From a virus, in the IMG/VR virus record IMGVR_UViG_3300009181_000042, positions 1 to 64,000 of that record: a DNA stretch of 64,000 nt; one strand, given 5' to 3'. The notes under the pieces were generated by a model. That model did not search any database, was not told the origin of the DNA, and worked only from the letters and a program-made list of their open reading frames with translations. The stretch's first letter is position 1, and each line of letters opens with the position of its first letter. Below, piece after piece: positions 12,801 through 21,176 of this stretch. The translations under genes and the position numbers were made by a program.

Positions 12801-14954
12801 TTTGCCGGTGGTACAACAGTCAACTATGATGCTGCACAAGTTCAAGTTACAGACGTATTGGCAGTGTCTACTGCTATAGTCGACGGCGGCAATGGTTATA
12901 GTATTGGAGATGTGCTTGTTCTTGAATTAGATTATGCATCGTCTTGTACTTCTACAGTAGAGCTAACAGTCGCTAATGTATCTGTTACAACTGGGTCAAT
13001 AACTGCAGTTGAGATAACAGAACCGGGACAATACCAATACCTACCTGCATCATATGCCTATTACACATCTGGTAATGGCACGGGTGCAGATATTACTATT
13101 GACTGGGGCATTGATACTGTTATTAGGTCTATTGAGGGCATGTATAGCCTACATCCAACTCAACCAATACTGCAGGATACAACTAGCGGTGCCGGAATAG
13201 ATGCAGAATTTGCTACACTGTGGGCAGCATCTATATCTCATAATTTGTTTACTGGGAATGGTATACAGACTGCCTTTGTGATAGATACTGCGCCCCAGAA
13301 TAACGATGTTACAAAGATGCTGATTACACAAGATGGTACAGTATTAACCAACGGATTTAATGCTACGATTACTGCTAATGGCAGGATAATAACAATATAT
13401 CCAGCACCGGCAAACACAAGTATTGTGAGTATCACACTGTTTAGTACTAGTAATTTTAGCATTGTCAATGATCAAGAGATACAAGCAATTACCGGCCAGT
13501 ATAGCTATCAGCTACTAGCACTGCCGTACAGCACTAATCCGCCGTATCTCAGCACGACTATTACAATAGATGGGTTGTATCTTACAGGTCCGCCGATGGA
13601 TGTATATTATGCAACCGGTTACACCAATAGCTATTTGATCACTACACCGGGACCAATTAACCTGGCATATTTAGAAGTATGGTCTGGTAATTATCTACAA
13701 GTAAACGGGGTTGATTATACAGTGTCTGGCAATGATATATTGTTCTATACTCCGCCAAGCGCTGGCAATATCGTAGCATTGGTGCTTACCGATCCAACTT
13801 ATAGTTACAATTATGTCATACAAGGTGGTTACATTGCATTCCAACCTAGTGCAGCACCTATAACTGGGCAAATAATAAAAGTTATTACGTACAGTGAGGA
13901 TGTTAGTTATGAATTTAGAGCACAAAAACTACAAGGACCTTGCTATCCTATATTAAACAATCAACCTGGTACGTATGTGCTTGTAGATGCACCTTACAAT
14001 GATAGCACATTAATGGTCTGGGTAAACAATGTGATGCAAACATTGTTATATGATTACAGATTAGATGTTGTAGATGCTATACCCGGGTGGGATACCACTG
14101 CATGGAATGTGTATGGATGGAATACAGAGTATGGCGGAGATCGAGCAGTTGTGTTTGCAGGCAATATTGGTATATCAAGTTTAGACACAATAAATCTGCA
14201 ATATATGAGTGCATTGCCAGAACGTGCTGCCATAGCATGGCGAACTATAACCAGTGACACACAGACTACGTCTACGGTTATAAGTGATTCAAATAAAACT
14301 CGCTTATTAGCCGCAGTCACTGTATACAGTAGCAGCATAGAAGTAGAAGACATATCAGTATTAGATAGTCCGACTGATACACAACCGGGTACAGTGTGGA
14401 TAGGTGATGAACGGATTGATTATTGGATGATTAGATCAGATCCGACCGCACTACTGCCAAATAGAGGATTCCTTGAGCAGTTGCTACGCGGCACCTTTAA
14501 TACACCAGCTGGTAATGTCTCGGTATCGTATGATACTATATTCTACGACGGCAATGGGATTGACACGTATTTTGCTACTGCTAGTGGTACGTTATTGGCG
14601 GGTGGCAATGTAGCAGTTTATATAGGTGATCAAATACAAGTGGACACTGCTATCAATCAACAAGTTGGGTCATACGCAATAGTTGATAATCCGTCAAGCA
14701 TGCCAGCAGGCAGATATGTTAACTTTGTCTCAGCGCCTATTACCGGCTGGAGAAATGTAAGATTGGCAAGCCCGCGAGCAGAAGTTACGTTTGGCAGTCA
14801 GATATCGCATAAAATAGGATCAACTGTTATATCAGCTGGCAATAGCCAAACAATACCCGGTGGATACAGATGGATACCAACACCAGATGGCCTGCAATAC
14901 AGCAGCGACAGCGAAGCTGTATTCTTGATAAATCACCCTGGAACTAGGAGCTAA
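3891..14954 (+). CDS. Giant virion structural protein (baseplate/tail associated)
   Basis: Uninterrupted 3687-aa ORF overlapping the gp6-like stop; EVKPYHTK motif, GGSGY/PGIGY repeats and repeated beta-sandwich-like modules in the C-terminal third. Confidence 0.7.
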   Translation: MVDRRRPIKLLPGVNQTDTLTKFFAATVDHLFQPESVEFLGGYIGTKPTYYDAKKDFYVGEPTKSRADYQLPVTAVSANQFSGRVTNIMFYHDYVNSLQFNGAVTANQSRLFEQDYYSWSPPIDIDKLLNYTNYYWVPAAPEPILLLGNTDFENDVIGKAQYTYNGPYQLTSTGKIVTDTPLVFTTGLVVVATYNANPAYNNVQYIIDNVGRHIELLLANDLIDTTWDVKGWDTVGWGGDDNTYIKDYITIARTQNPNNLWSASNKWFHIDVLTVSGTTSTTLFQQRAARPIIEFEGNLQLYNNGSRGRPAVKYLIADVPNVLVSIVGQTSYMVNEVDLKDGDTLLVTGDSDPLVNNRVYEVGGLETLGVITLTLVGGAPLLGDAIFVNNDIVTVRTVTYIVGVQYWYNGTEWILAQQRVPYVAPLFQLYDQDGNRLDDPSVYPNSTFAGNSIFTYASDVYATIDVELGLSPKTDQFGDYVFNNTLVTETYQYQYNASLSTIQGYAYYRNNSPVDEQYNNAWYKAPQPSRQYIVNDFIVNSITSSFTIDQIPDPNPGFLPSLYVTLITDQISTSLVNGTDYTVSANVVTLVIPAYSGQRVLIRSWSRTAPINYLGYYELPLNLTANPDNLQITTLSQSQFFAQFASIISNQPGIEGNPVDVNNWRDTPRIRGLGLNILQHRAPMTKSMILNSGNITVGINSVQNNTSPMQAMQYAQRDYVRFYNRFISALFTLSANGYTANQSPQTWVTAALTQINLGKNPTSPWANSGPDGPKAGYTYLKSTAPTYVTPTGTRLGVSKAYQPTVYYDGLDLYIQCHDGARIVMAKDGIPLGSIQYGLTSTSKPDLLTNPVSSAWLQFELDLFNNMPDAYSDPQAIMALDITIYTPGRWRPGDYTVGEYLAVTYPMFDRWVINNQIDYRANTTYDPNDPFTWNYAEMRDANGQRVPGYWQGIYRWYYDTDRPHLAPWEMLGFSQQPVWWTDEYGPAPYTRGNTYMWQDLAAGLIRRGPRAGIYPAGVRPGLLSCIPVDDQGNLLPPQQANTVTSQPSSAQASAAWVFGDGGPVESVWIYSNEYSFVVAQYSYLMKPAQFVEYNWDTLRFQQVFPTQPTTQSIYIDTLNRRPNSQLYVHRENPSAIGGNIQIPNESTLTYYGSGGIQHWISEFIVSQNLNVTQYFGSIVRGTNVQLAHQCGGFVGSNLYLTADSFGQIGYTSQLIPAENVKTYLYKSASIKESFYSGVIVTQVVDGYRVVGYNGIDQFFLTIPSNTFGAKTTVVVGKDRITWYKTGVKAAQEVPYGTVFATKQLVFDFLVSLQRFQEFQGWVFDQYNADSNTTLDWIQSGREFLFWSQGNWADGNFIALSPLAINAKFVQKFGTVQFVNGIVGGTYPVIDKTGNRIDGGSLEVLRYDDTITINAIGTQNIYGMRLFATTIESAILIDNLTSFDDTVYDPLYNIAQPRLKLFAYRTNDWNGRVDAPGYFLYQDGTDNQWSLVPNFEKTANDFRKYYNIDQPKNYNTIDPVTGNLVVSGTELAAVDVQSISALSKHQIGYQNRPYLSNLLLEESTEFQFYQGFIRQKGTLRGFDTILRNDTIAPIGSNYVYYEEYALRAARFGSTALNTGIDFVIPQSQYINDPQQITVFGVQGSSRELDGIITLIPNDPLIVVPPTSYSSVTNVLFPLRPEIGPDWNTDLPTTGYVLLGETTFAISNTSVLSTFWETQNTLGVPLVSGDTIWQFIDEKQSWTVWKYATSPINIVNTTPSTNSGDPTVINCSGNVGVKSGDIIVLDGISNVATLQGTYTVGNIVGNGNSFTVPVNTFSIGAGGNVSVYKTTRFATTYERDVYPPTGGWQSGDIAYVDKTSYGINGWTVYSYSNSGWMPIRSEQLKVNASLMLQGKLYNQQSLTIYDYLEYYDPAKGFIPNAARKHLDKISIYDPASYNTGDDTLYPLNPSRAWGPEHVGETWWNLSSVRYVDYEISTTAYRWQNWGKIAQGTTVDVYEWVESPVSPSQWSTYVANNTNFSQYGVNYIPTGLVLNADNPAYTTRIVYTAANTPQTRYYFWVKDATTLPLPPDRSISTLEISNIITYPTRYGVRWYAAIDERNILVANIGYALSGLNTVLSLLYTHQANNQNDFKQWDLVRPNDPTSIPSDYFWLKLKNSLTSKDGQDQNVPDPYLSNIMRYGTLIRPRQSWFKYRIAAAETYVNEANKLLGTILLVPDINRSDWVDYFNLAEPEPAADYTVGTISSRDGLSGTIPDQSTVLVQAGADTNNLWVLYQYFFNDRDYYWEELQVQAYNTPNYWYYVDWYLKDSGVTSNTIPDYTVDTTADRTPYEGQDGVVVKVDNIGDGRWALYKWITSTNVSEWVTVGYQDGTIQISTGVYDGSINTMLFGTTPFDTTGFDIFPYVEFGSMIDGLRNVVFANPNPAVPGESVYLNQLFFAMINYVLVEQGFVDWIFKTSFVTLDGFNVPLTTSQLYQPDYSEALLEYLNEVKPYHTKVRSFITHRTWQDNVAIHPTDFDNPANVSVSTNIAYSNADWQNNYLTNPELIRTLKMKLVFDRIASTSIGWASFPWDIKAWQFENNTTADYIDWGAFTRILEFYAPTADMIRKDDPNLITNSDYRGIIMDSIGFNFAPGWQQSPWDNPTGWEAGAAAFTDYLDIIVQGGIVPEYDKFYGTGSKRAFRLTRLPQSPSMLVVWADGVLQQYGVDWIVPNYITDLLLASGGSGYTVGDRLQLDIIPNVAPTIIAVTAVDAFGAIVEWTLETTGSYDIFVGSAVSVQYVPYTTGTGADAMFQPVWGGNSLVFYNAPNSNASPNIFVLYVGTTFLPAPTGPIDIINDGNQFIQPYVGEDHPEELYKFRLPTSMRMDVYQNSAGGAPLIYMRIYQLDGTRDHFPLGIQPMDHSSVIAQIDGQMLTYGLTNDFVINWATNTMVFLTAPVGSTLQIITIAPGGTGIGIVNPRVVSPGIGYVPGDFITFAGGTTVNYDAAQVQVTDVLAVSTAIVDGGNGYSIGDVLVLELDYASSCTSTVELTVANVSVTTGSITAVEITEPGQYQYLPASYAYYTSGNGTGADITIDWGIDTVIRSIEGMYSLHPTQPILQDTTSGAGIDAEFATLWAASISHNLFTGNGIQTAFVIDTAPQNNDVTKMLITQDGTVLTNGFNATITANGRIITIYPAPANTSIVSITLFSTSNFSIVNDQEIQAITGQYSYQLLALPYSTNPPYLSTTITIDGLYLTGPPMDVYYATGYTNSYLITTPGPINLAYLEVWSGNYLQVNGVDYTVSGNDILFYTPPSAGNIVALVLTDPTYSYNYVIQGGYIAFQPSAAPITGQIIKVITYSEDVSYEFRAQKLQGPCYPILNNQPGTYVLVDAPYNDSTLMVWVNNVMQTLLYDYRLDVVDAIPGWDTTAWNVYGWNTEYGGDRAVVFAGNIGISSLDTINLQYMSALPERAAIAWRTITSDTQTTSTVISDSNKTRLLAAVTVYSSSIEVEDISVLDSPTDTQPGTVWIGDERIDYWMIRSDPTALLPNRGFLEQLLRGTFNTPAGNVSVSYDTIFYDGNGIDTYFATASGTLLAGGNVAVYIGDQIQVDTAINQQVGSYAIVDNPSSMPAGRYVNFVSAPITGWRNVRLASPRAEVTFGSQISHKIGSTVISAGNSQTIPGGYRWIPTPDGLQYSSDSEAVFLINHPGTRS

Positions 14955-14957
14955 ATA
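14951..14957 (+). promoter_or_regulatory. Late promoter motif CTAAATA
   Basis: Overlaps the stop of the giant gene; 5 nt upstream of the ATG at 14963. Confidence 0.5.
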
Positions 14958-14962
14958 ATACT

Positions 14963-15103
14963 ATGCAAGATCAAAATAATAATAGCACCGAATCCGAGAA
15001 CGACGACACGCTGCCAGACGAAGACGGCACTGTGATGGTCTATGGGTTTGTGCAGATAAAGGATACGCAAACCGGCGATATCCTGGTTAGTACGAGGTCG
15101 TAA
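14963..15103 (+). CDS. Small acidic hypothetical protein (46 aa; not in ORF track)
   Basis: ATG..TAA in frame: MQDQNNNSTESENDDTLPDEDGTVMVYGFVQIKDTQTGDILVSTRS; its C-terminus resembles the N-terminus of the next gene. Confidence 0.65.
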   Translation: MQDQNNNSTESENDDTLPDEDGTVMVYGFVQIKDTQTGDILVSTRS

Positions 15104-15106
15104 AAG

Positions 15107-15703
15107 ATGTCCTTAGTACAACACAGCAATCAGTGGATAAAAGGCCATATAGTGATCAAGGATCTGGTTACTGGTGAGATCCTCGTTGACAAAGACAACG
15201 CTATCAACTATGAGAATTTTAGCATCAGCTTGGCACGTACCATAGCCAACCGTCCGGATAGCTGGATACAAGAAATGTGTTTCGGTAACGGCGGTGCGAC
15301 TGTTAGTGAAATTGGTACTATTACCTATTTGCCGCCAAACGTCACTGGCCAAACAGCTGAACTATACAATCAGACATATTATAAGGTAGTGGATGATCAG
15401 AGTCCGCTAGATACTAACACAGCACAGAATTATATCAGCACTGCTCACATCGATGGCACCACATTTACTGATGTCATAGTGACTTGCACTCTTGAGCTTG
15501 GTGAGCCGTCCGGACAAGATGCATTTGATACTGCTACAAACATTGGCGGTACCTATGTATTCAATGAATTGGGTTTAAAAGCTTACAGTGCTAATGGGCC
15601 CGACACTGGCAGATTATTAACACATGTTATCTTCAGTCCAGTGCAGAAGAGCCTTAACAGGCAAATACAAATAGTCTATACCATACGAATACAGACCGTT
15701 TGA
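15107..15703 (+). CDS. Virion structural protein (baseplate/tail)
   Basis: 198 aa; GHIVIKD..TGEIL, FGNGG, FNELGL and LLTHVIFSPVQKS motifs; structural-operon context. Confidence 0.6.
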   Translation: MSLVQHSNQWIKGHIVIKDLVTGEILVDKDNAINYENFSISLARTIANRPDSWIQEMCFGNGGATVSEIGTITYLPPNVTGQTAELYNQTYYKVVDDQSPLDTNTAQNYISTAHIDGTTFTDVIVTCTLELGEPSGQDAFDTATNIGGTYVFNELGLKAYSANGPDTGRLLTHVIFSPVQKSLNRQIQIVYTIRIQTV

Positions 15704-15710
15704 GGGAGTG

Positions 15711-15717
15711 CTAAATA
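15711..15717 (+). promoter_or_regulatory. Late promoter motif CTAAATA
   Basis: Intergenic, upstream of a tail-fibre-related gene. Confidence 0.45.
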
Positions 15718-15735
15718 TGCAACCAATCATAGCAG

Positions 15736-16659
15736 GTGAACGACATGTCTACTAACATATATCAATTTAACGGAACGCTATTGACGTCTGTAGCAGACGG
15801 TGCATTGAACACTATAGCTGCTCCGATAGCACTTCCGGGTAAGGGGTACACCAACTATGGTGCGCCTGTGTTACAAGATGTGCTGTGGACCATGCAAAAC
15901 TTTGCTGGCACTGCGGCACCGACTCCGTTGCTACAGGGCGTAGAATGGTATGATACCAGTACCAATCAGCTTAAAGTCTACAGCGGAACTGCATGGAATA
16001 CCATTTTCAAAGACAATCAGAGTAATCTGCCTGCTGTAACACTAACATACGATCTTGGTTCTACTAGCTTACGATTTAACAACGTCTGGGTAGGAACCAT
16101 AAACGCCACAACAGTTAATGTTTCTGGCACAGTTGTTGGTCCAACTAATATATTTTATACAACTCAGACCAACTTGCCAAGTGTCAATAACACATATGAT
16201 CTAGGGTCAAGCAGCTTTAAGTTCAATACCGTGTATGCTACTACATTTAATGGTACATCCACACAAGCACAGTATGCTGACGTTGCTGAACGATATGCAG
16301 CGGATACAGTAATGGAAGTAGGTGATGTGGTTAAAATAGGCGGCACTGCTGAGATAACTTTAACTACATCAGCGTGCGACACGCATGTGTTTGGTGTTAT
16401 ATCAGACAAGCCGGCACTGCAGATGAATAGTCAGGCAGGCACAGACGAGTCTCATCCGTATGTTGCACTGCTTGGTCGTACTCCATGTAAAGTAGTTGGT
16501 ACTGTTAGCAAAGGAGCTCGTTTAGTATCAAGTAGCACGCCCGGTGTAGCTAAAGCAGCAAGAGGCGATGAAGATGCATACTGCATCATAGGTCGTGCCC
16601 TAACAGACAAGCACGACGACGATGTTGGGTTAGTAGAGATAGTAATAGGACGCGCCTGA
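15736..16659 (+). CDS. Tail-fibre-related protein with C-terminal chaperone/peptidase-G2-like domain
   Basis: GKGYTNYG..NFA N-terminus; two YDLGS.S..FN repeats; YADVAERY..GDVV..VFGVIS..VALLGRTPCKV C-terminus (start may be the ATG at 15745). Confidence 0.6.
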   Translation: MNDMSTNIYQFNGTLLTSVADGALNTIAAPIALPGKGYTNYGAPVLQDVLWTMQNFAGTAAPTPLLQGVEWYDTSTNQLKVYSGTAWNTIFKDNQSNLPAVTLTYDLGSTSLRFNNVWVGTINATTVNVSGTVVGPTNIFYTTQTNLPSVNNTYDLGSSSFKFNTVYATTFNGTSTQAQYADVAERYAADTVMEVGDVVKIGGTAEITLTTSACDTHVFGVISDKPALQMNSQAGTDESHPYVALLGRTPCKVVGTVSKGARLVSSSTPGVAKAARGDEDAYCIIGRALTDKHDDDVGLVEIVIGRA

Positions 16660-16660
16660 T

Positions 16661-17584
16661 ATGACGTATGCCGTTAGTGGCCTAATACAAGCTAGCGACT
16701 ATAACGGGTTTGTGGGAACCACAGCCGTTAATGCTGCATATGCCGATAACGCTGCTGCACAAAACAAAGTGGCTGCACTAATTGGTGTTGGTTACGGCAC
16801 ACGTGGCTATGGCCAGACTACTACAAATGTGGCAGCAGTTACTGCAGGTGTTAACGTATCGGCAGGTCAGTGGAATAATTTGCGCAGTGCGATGAGCACA
16901 CTGAATACACATCAAGGATCAAGTCTCACGCTGCAGCCAGTTGTAGCCAGCGGCGGTACAATACTGTATCAATCTAGCATACCAACTAACATAACCACGC
17001 TTGATACTAACCGCAATCTAGCAAACATTACACAGATGACTGTGAGTAGTGCATTAACTAGTACCACAACCTCATGGTCCAGCGTAGTTACCAATGTGTT
17101 GACTGTCAATTTTAGTACACCAGATGCTGCTAGGTACTTTTTCAACAGCGGCGGTGAGATACGATTCTCTGGATCTAATGTTGGTGGCACTGCACCCGGT
17201 GCTGCTGCATGGGCATCGCTTCTAACACTGGTTGGCACGGTTAAGCTAGGTGCCAGCACTGCTACATACACCGGATCAGGTGGCACTATAACTAACAATA
17301 TTGGTTATTACGGTTTAACTACTGCCTATCAAGAGATTTTCATACATTATGGATCTGGTGCGTATTCTGGTATCTATTACAGCATACAAGTCAAGACCAA
17401 TGCAACAGGTAGTGCGAATGGTGGCAACGGTAGCTTGATAACTGTAACTATTACCTTTAATGATGTGGCTGCATATGGTTACGGGGCAGTTGACGGTACT
17501 ACATCTAGCTATGTTGACCAGTACAAGGCAGGCGGAGTATTGACCATAGCCTCCCCAATTTACACAACGGTAACTCCTATCTGA
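16661..17584 (+). CDS. Virion structural protein (fibre/collar-like)
   Basis: 307 aa, T/S/G-rich; GYGQ and ARYFFNSGGEI motifs. Confidence 0.55.
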   Translation: MTYAVSGLIQASDYNGFVGTTAVNAAYADNAAAQNKVAALIGVGYGTRGYGQTTTNVAAVTAGVNVSAGQWNNLRSAMSTLNTHQGSSLTLQPVVASGGTILYQSSIPTNITTLDTNRNLANITQMTVSSALTSTTTSWSSVVTNVLTVNFSTPDAARYFFNSGGEIRFSGSNVGGTAPGAAAWASLLTLVGTVKLGASTATYTGSGGTITNNIGYYGLTTAYQEIFIHYGSGAYSGIYYSIQVKTNATGSANGGNGSLITVTITFNDVAAYGYGAVDGTTSSYVDQYKAGGVLTIASPIYTTVTPI

Positions 17585-17588
17585 TATC

Positions 17589-17617
17589 TTGACATCCTTT
17601 TTCTAATATGCCACACT
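17589..17617 (+). promoter_or_regulatory. sigma70-like promoter for the GT/radical-SAM cluster
   Basis: TTGACA-N17-CACACT with TG extension. Confidence 0.45.
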
Positions 17618-17644
17618 CGTAGCATATTATGATTGGAGACTGCC

Positions 17645-18001
17645 GTGGATGAAAGATTAGAAAAAGCGTTAGAATTTTCAAAATACCGTATAGCACTGGT
17701 CAATCGTAAAGAAGACCTCAAGATAAAAGTAAACAATCTGTTGCTGTATGCTCACAACGGTGGCATGTTTCGCATCAGTCAAGAACTAATCAGTTTTGTA
17801 AAACTAGTGTTAGATCAAGGCAAGATGCGAGTAGTCTTGATTGATAACAACAGCAATCCAATCGAGATCACAGAATTACAGAAATTTTTTGATGATATAT
17901 TCAGCCGATATTTCGAAGCAACAAATCTGTATCATGCCGAGTACAGCAAGATACGAGCTGCTAGATCTGTTAGCAGTATCTACGAGTTTGTAAATGACTG
18001 A
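17645..18001 (+). CDS. Hypothetical protein
   Basis: GTG start after a GGAGA RBS; stop overlaps the next gene. Confidence 0.7.
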   Translation: MDERLEKALEFSKYRIALVNRKEDLKIKVNNLLLYAHNGGMFRISQELISFVKLVLDQGKMRVVLIDNNSNPIEITELQKFFDDIFSRYFEATNLYHAEYSKIRAARSVSSIYEFVND

Positions 18002-18902
18002 GTACCCAGACGGATTTACATTGCCTCGAGGATATGTGATGTATGCACACAATAATTCTAGCATAGACTATGGTACATTAGCCGTGTGCAATGCACTGTT
18101 AATAAAAAAACACCTCAACCACAATACAGTTGCACTGATATCAGATTCTGGTACAGTGCAACATATAACTCAGCTGTATGGTGATGCTATCATGCAAGCT
18201 GCATTCGACCGGATAATCTTAGATGAGCAATCTATAGAGCAGTCCGAAACTCGAAAATTCCGTGACACTAGATATTCAGTATTCATCGACGCTTACACTA
18301 ATACCAATAGACCTGATGTATATAATCTGTCACCGTTTGCTGAAACTATATTGATCGATTCGGATTATTTGATGTTAGATAACACGATGGATCTTACGTG
18401 GGATTCGATGGAAGATTTCCTGTGTAATCACAAGACCAGAGACCTTGATAATAAAATCAATAATTTTGGTTTTGATAATAGGTTTAATGAAATGAGCATA
18501 CCTCTATATTGGGCAACCGCTGTATATTTTAAAAAATCAGAAAAAAGCCAACTCATATTTCGATTGATGAACTATATCAAGGAGAATTATGCATACTATC
18601 GATATCTATACCGATTCAATCATAGCGGGTATTTCCGTAACGATTATGCACTGAGCATTGCCATACATTTAACAAACAATCTAATGGAATACGGTAGCAT
18701 AAAATCGTTACCTGTGGATCATATATTGTTTAGCCTGGAAGATGACGAAATGCATACTTTCATAGATGGGCATTGTTTGATAACAAGTGAACAACAGCAG
18801 GGTGATTTCCACCTACATCGGGCAATGTCTAACACACACATCATGAATAAACGTGCTATAATCCGGAACAGCAATAAGATAATCAAATATGCAACCAGTT
18901 GA
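17994..18902 (+). CDS. GT-A fold glycosyltransferase-like protein (GT8-like)
   Basis: LSPFAETILIDSDYL (DxD), YWATAVYFKK, FRND; paralog of the next gene. Confidence 0.6.
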   Translation: MTEYPDGFTLPRGYVMYAHNNSSIDYGTLAVCNALLIKKHLNHNTVALISDSGTVQHITQLYGDAIMQAAFDRIILDEQSIEQSETRKFRDTRYSVFIDAYTNTNRPDVYNLSPFAETILIDSDYLMLDNTMDLTWDSMEDFLCNHKTRDLDNKINNFGFDNRFNEMSIPLYWATAVYFKKSEKSQLIFRLMNYIKENYAYYRYLYRFNHSGYFRNDYALSIAIHLTNNLMEYGSIKSLPVDHILFSLEDDEMHTFIDGHCLITSEQQQGDFHLHRAMSNTHIMNKRAIIRNSNKIIKYATS

Positions 18903-19767
18903 TCTAAACACCAGGCAGCGCGGATTCTTTACTATAGCACAGAACAGCCCAACCTGTGACTATGTCAGGCTGGCATATGCATTAGCATTAAGTCTCAAGT
19001 GCAGCCAACATTCAATTCCATATCTGTCAATAGGCATAACACCCGATACAATAGTTCCGCCTGAATATGCATGGGCATTTGATAATATCATAGAAATACC
19101 CTGGGGCGACCATGCTGCTGATAGCACGTGGAAGCTAGAGAACGAGTGGAAATCTATATACATGAGTCCGTATGTCGAGACTATCAAGCTTGATTGCGAC
19201 ATGCTGTTTTTCAATGATATTGGTATATGGTGGGATACGCTAACAATGCAGGATTTTGCAATCTGTAATCGTGTTTTAAATTACCGGGCACAAGACGTAG
19301 ATAGCGATTATTACCGCAAGACTTTTACAGCAAATCTATTACCAAATGTATATACAGCATTCATGTATTTCAAAAAAACTCCAGCCACTTTTGAAGTATT
19401 TGATATGGCTAAGTTCATATACTTTAATTGGGAATCGATGTTTGAAGCAGTATTAGAACCCATAACTCGTCCTGCGTATCCCAGCACCGACGTTATATTT
19501 GCTATAGCATTAAAATTGTTAGAGTTGGATAATAATTCATATACAATAACACAGTTACCTACATTTACACACATGAAAAGTCATATACAAGGTTGGGGAT
19601 CGAATATTATACTAGAAGATTGGACAAAACACATGAGTGTATTTTTCAATCCCGAGCTCGAGTGCAAGATAGGAAATTATCTGCAGTTCTTCCCATTACA
19701 TTACCATGTCAAAGATTTTATAACAGAGGAAATGATAGGAAACTATGAACGATCAGTCAGAAGATAA
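18889..19767 (+). CDS. GT-A fold glycosyltransferase-like protein (GT8-like)
   Basis: MSPYVETIKLDCDMLF (DxD), YTAFMYFKK, STD, HMK, HYH. Confidence 0.6.
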   Translation: MQPVDLNTRQRGFFTIAQNSPTCDYVRLAYALALSLKCSQHSIPYLSIGITPDTIVPPEYAWAFDNIIEIPWGDHAADSTWKLENEWKSIYMSPYVETIKLDCDMLFFNDIGIWWDTLTMQDFAICNRVLNYRAQDVDSDYYRKTFTANLLPNVYTAFMYFKKTPATFEVFDMAKFIYFNWESMFEAVLEPITRPAYPSTDVIFAIALKLLELDNNSYTITQLPTFTHMKSHIQGWGSNIILEDWTKHMSVFFNPELECKIGNYLQFFPLHYHVKDFITEEMIGNYERSVRR

Positions 19768-20281
19768 AATAGCTTGGGCATGGTATGACAACGAGACATT
19801 GGCACTGTACCATATCAGCTTTGACGAGGCTACCTGGGATGGGAAACATCTTGCTAAAATAGCAATAGATTTTCAATTAGCATTGGATATCATGACTGGG
19901 GTTAATAGACTATTCGAATACGAATTAGTCAAAAGTGACGACAGTATAGAACTGGTACATAAGAAAAAATCTCCGCCGTTTAAGAAATTTTGGCAGCTAG
20001 TAGATGCAGCACATTCAACTTATGGTGTGTTGGATACAGTGTCTAGCCAACATAGCCCTATTAATGTTGTTGAAAAGAACAAAGACTATTTTGTGGTAGA
20101 TGTTATAGGTAAAGCTAAAAACATCGTATTATATGTCACCATGAAAAACGATCCTAACTACCTAATACAAAAGATTGATCTGTACCCTTATATAATTGAG
20201 TGCGGGTCGGTCACTGGTATACCGGTACCGTTTGATGATATTAGAAATTATAGCATATATGTGAGGTATGATGCAGCGTAG
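19745..20281 (+). CDS. Hypothetical protein
   Basis: 178-aa ORF overlapping both neighbours. Confidence 0.65.
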   Translation: MNDQSEDKIAWAWYDNETLALYHISFDEATWDGKHLAKIAIDFQLALDIMTGVNRLFEYELVKSDDSIELVHKKKSPPFKKFWQLVDAAHSTYGVLDTVSSQHSPINVVEKNKDYFVVDVIGKAKNIVLYVTMKNDPNYLIQKIDLYPYIIECGSVTGIPVPFDDIRNYSIYVRYDAA

Positions 20282-21176
20282 TATAACTGAATTTGACTTT
20301 GTGTTCCTCAGTTATGATGAGCCTAACAGCGAACTACTATATGCCGAACTGCTTAATCAGGTGCCTTGGGCCAAGCGAGTGCACGGTGTGCAAGGATTTG
20401 ATTCTGCACACCGTGCATGCGCTGATATATCAGATTCGGAGTTCTTTGTTACTGTCGACGGCGATAACAGGGTGCATGACAATTTCCTCAACATCAATGT
20501 TGATATAACAGATCAGCAAGATGATCATGCATGGTCGTGGGCTGGCAGAAATCATGTAAACGGTTTGGTTTACGGCAATGGCGGTTTAAAGCTATGGAGC
20601 AAGAAATTTGTTTATGATATGAATAGCCATGAAAACAGTAGCGACGACGCAAGCAAGGTAGATTTCTGTTGGAGTTCTAAATATCATGATCTTTTTGGAA
20701 CTTACAGTACCAGTTTAATCAATAGTAGTCCTTATCAGGCATTTAGATCTGGATACCGAGAGGGAGTTAAGATGAGTTTAGAACACGGCCGCAAAGTTAA
20801 ACCATCCGAATTCCTTAATAAGATTTGGGTATTCAATATGCACAAGCTACTGATATGGTGCAGTGTCGGCGCAGATGTAGCAAACGGATTATGGAGTATA
20901 TATGGTGCAAGGATGGGCGTACACGACTGCAATTTAACTGACACTGATCATACTATGATACGCGACTATGATTGGTTCCAACAGAAATGGGACCAGGTTC
21001 AGTTGGATGACCCACTAGCATGTTCAAAACGACTCGGGCTTGCTCTACGACAAGGTCTGGGTATCAATCTGGCCGATATGGATGACCATCAAAGCAAATT
21101 CTTTAAGAGTGTGTATATTAATCCTCCAAGACCGTTGATCGGATACGATCAAATCAAGCATCTGTCGGCAGTGTAA
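20268..21176 (+). CDS. Glycosyltransferase-like protein, paralog 1 of 4
   Basis: FLSYDEP..RVHGVQG..AH..VDGD..NGLVYGNGGLKLW..AFRSGYREGVK. Confidence 0.6.
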   Translation: MMQRSITEFDFVFLSYDEPNSELLYAELLNQVPWAKRVHGVQGFDSAHRACADISDSEFFVTVDGDNRVHDNFLNINVDITDQQDDHAWSWAGRNHVNGLVYGNGGLKLWSKKFVYDMNSHENSSDDASKVDFCWSSKYHDLFGTYSTSLINSSPYQAFRSGYREGVKMSLEHGRKVKPSEFLNKIWVFNMHKLLIWCSVGADVANGLWSIYGARMGVHDCNLTDTDHTMIRDYDWFQQKWDQVQLDDPLACSKRLGLALRQGLGINLADMDDHQSKFFKSVYINPPRPLIGYDQIKHLSAV

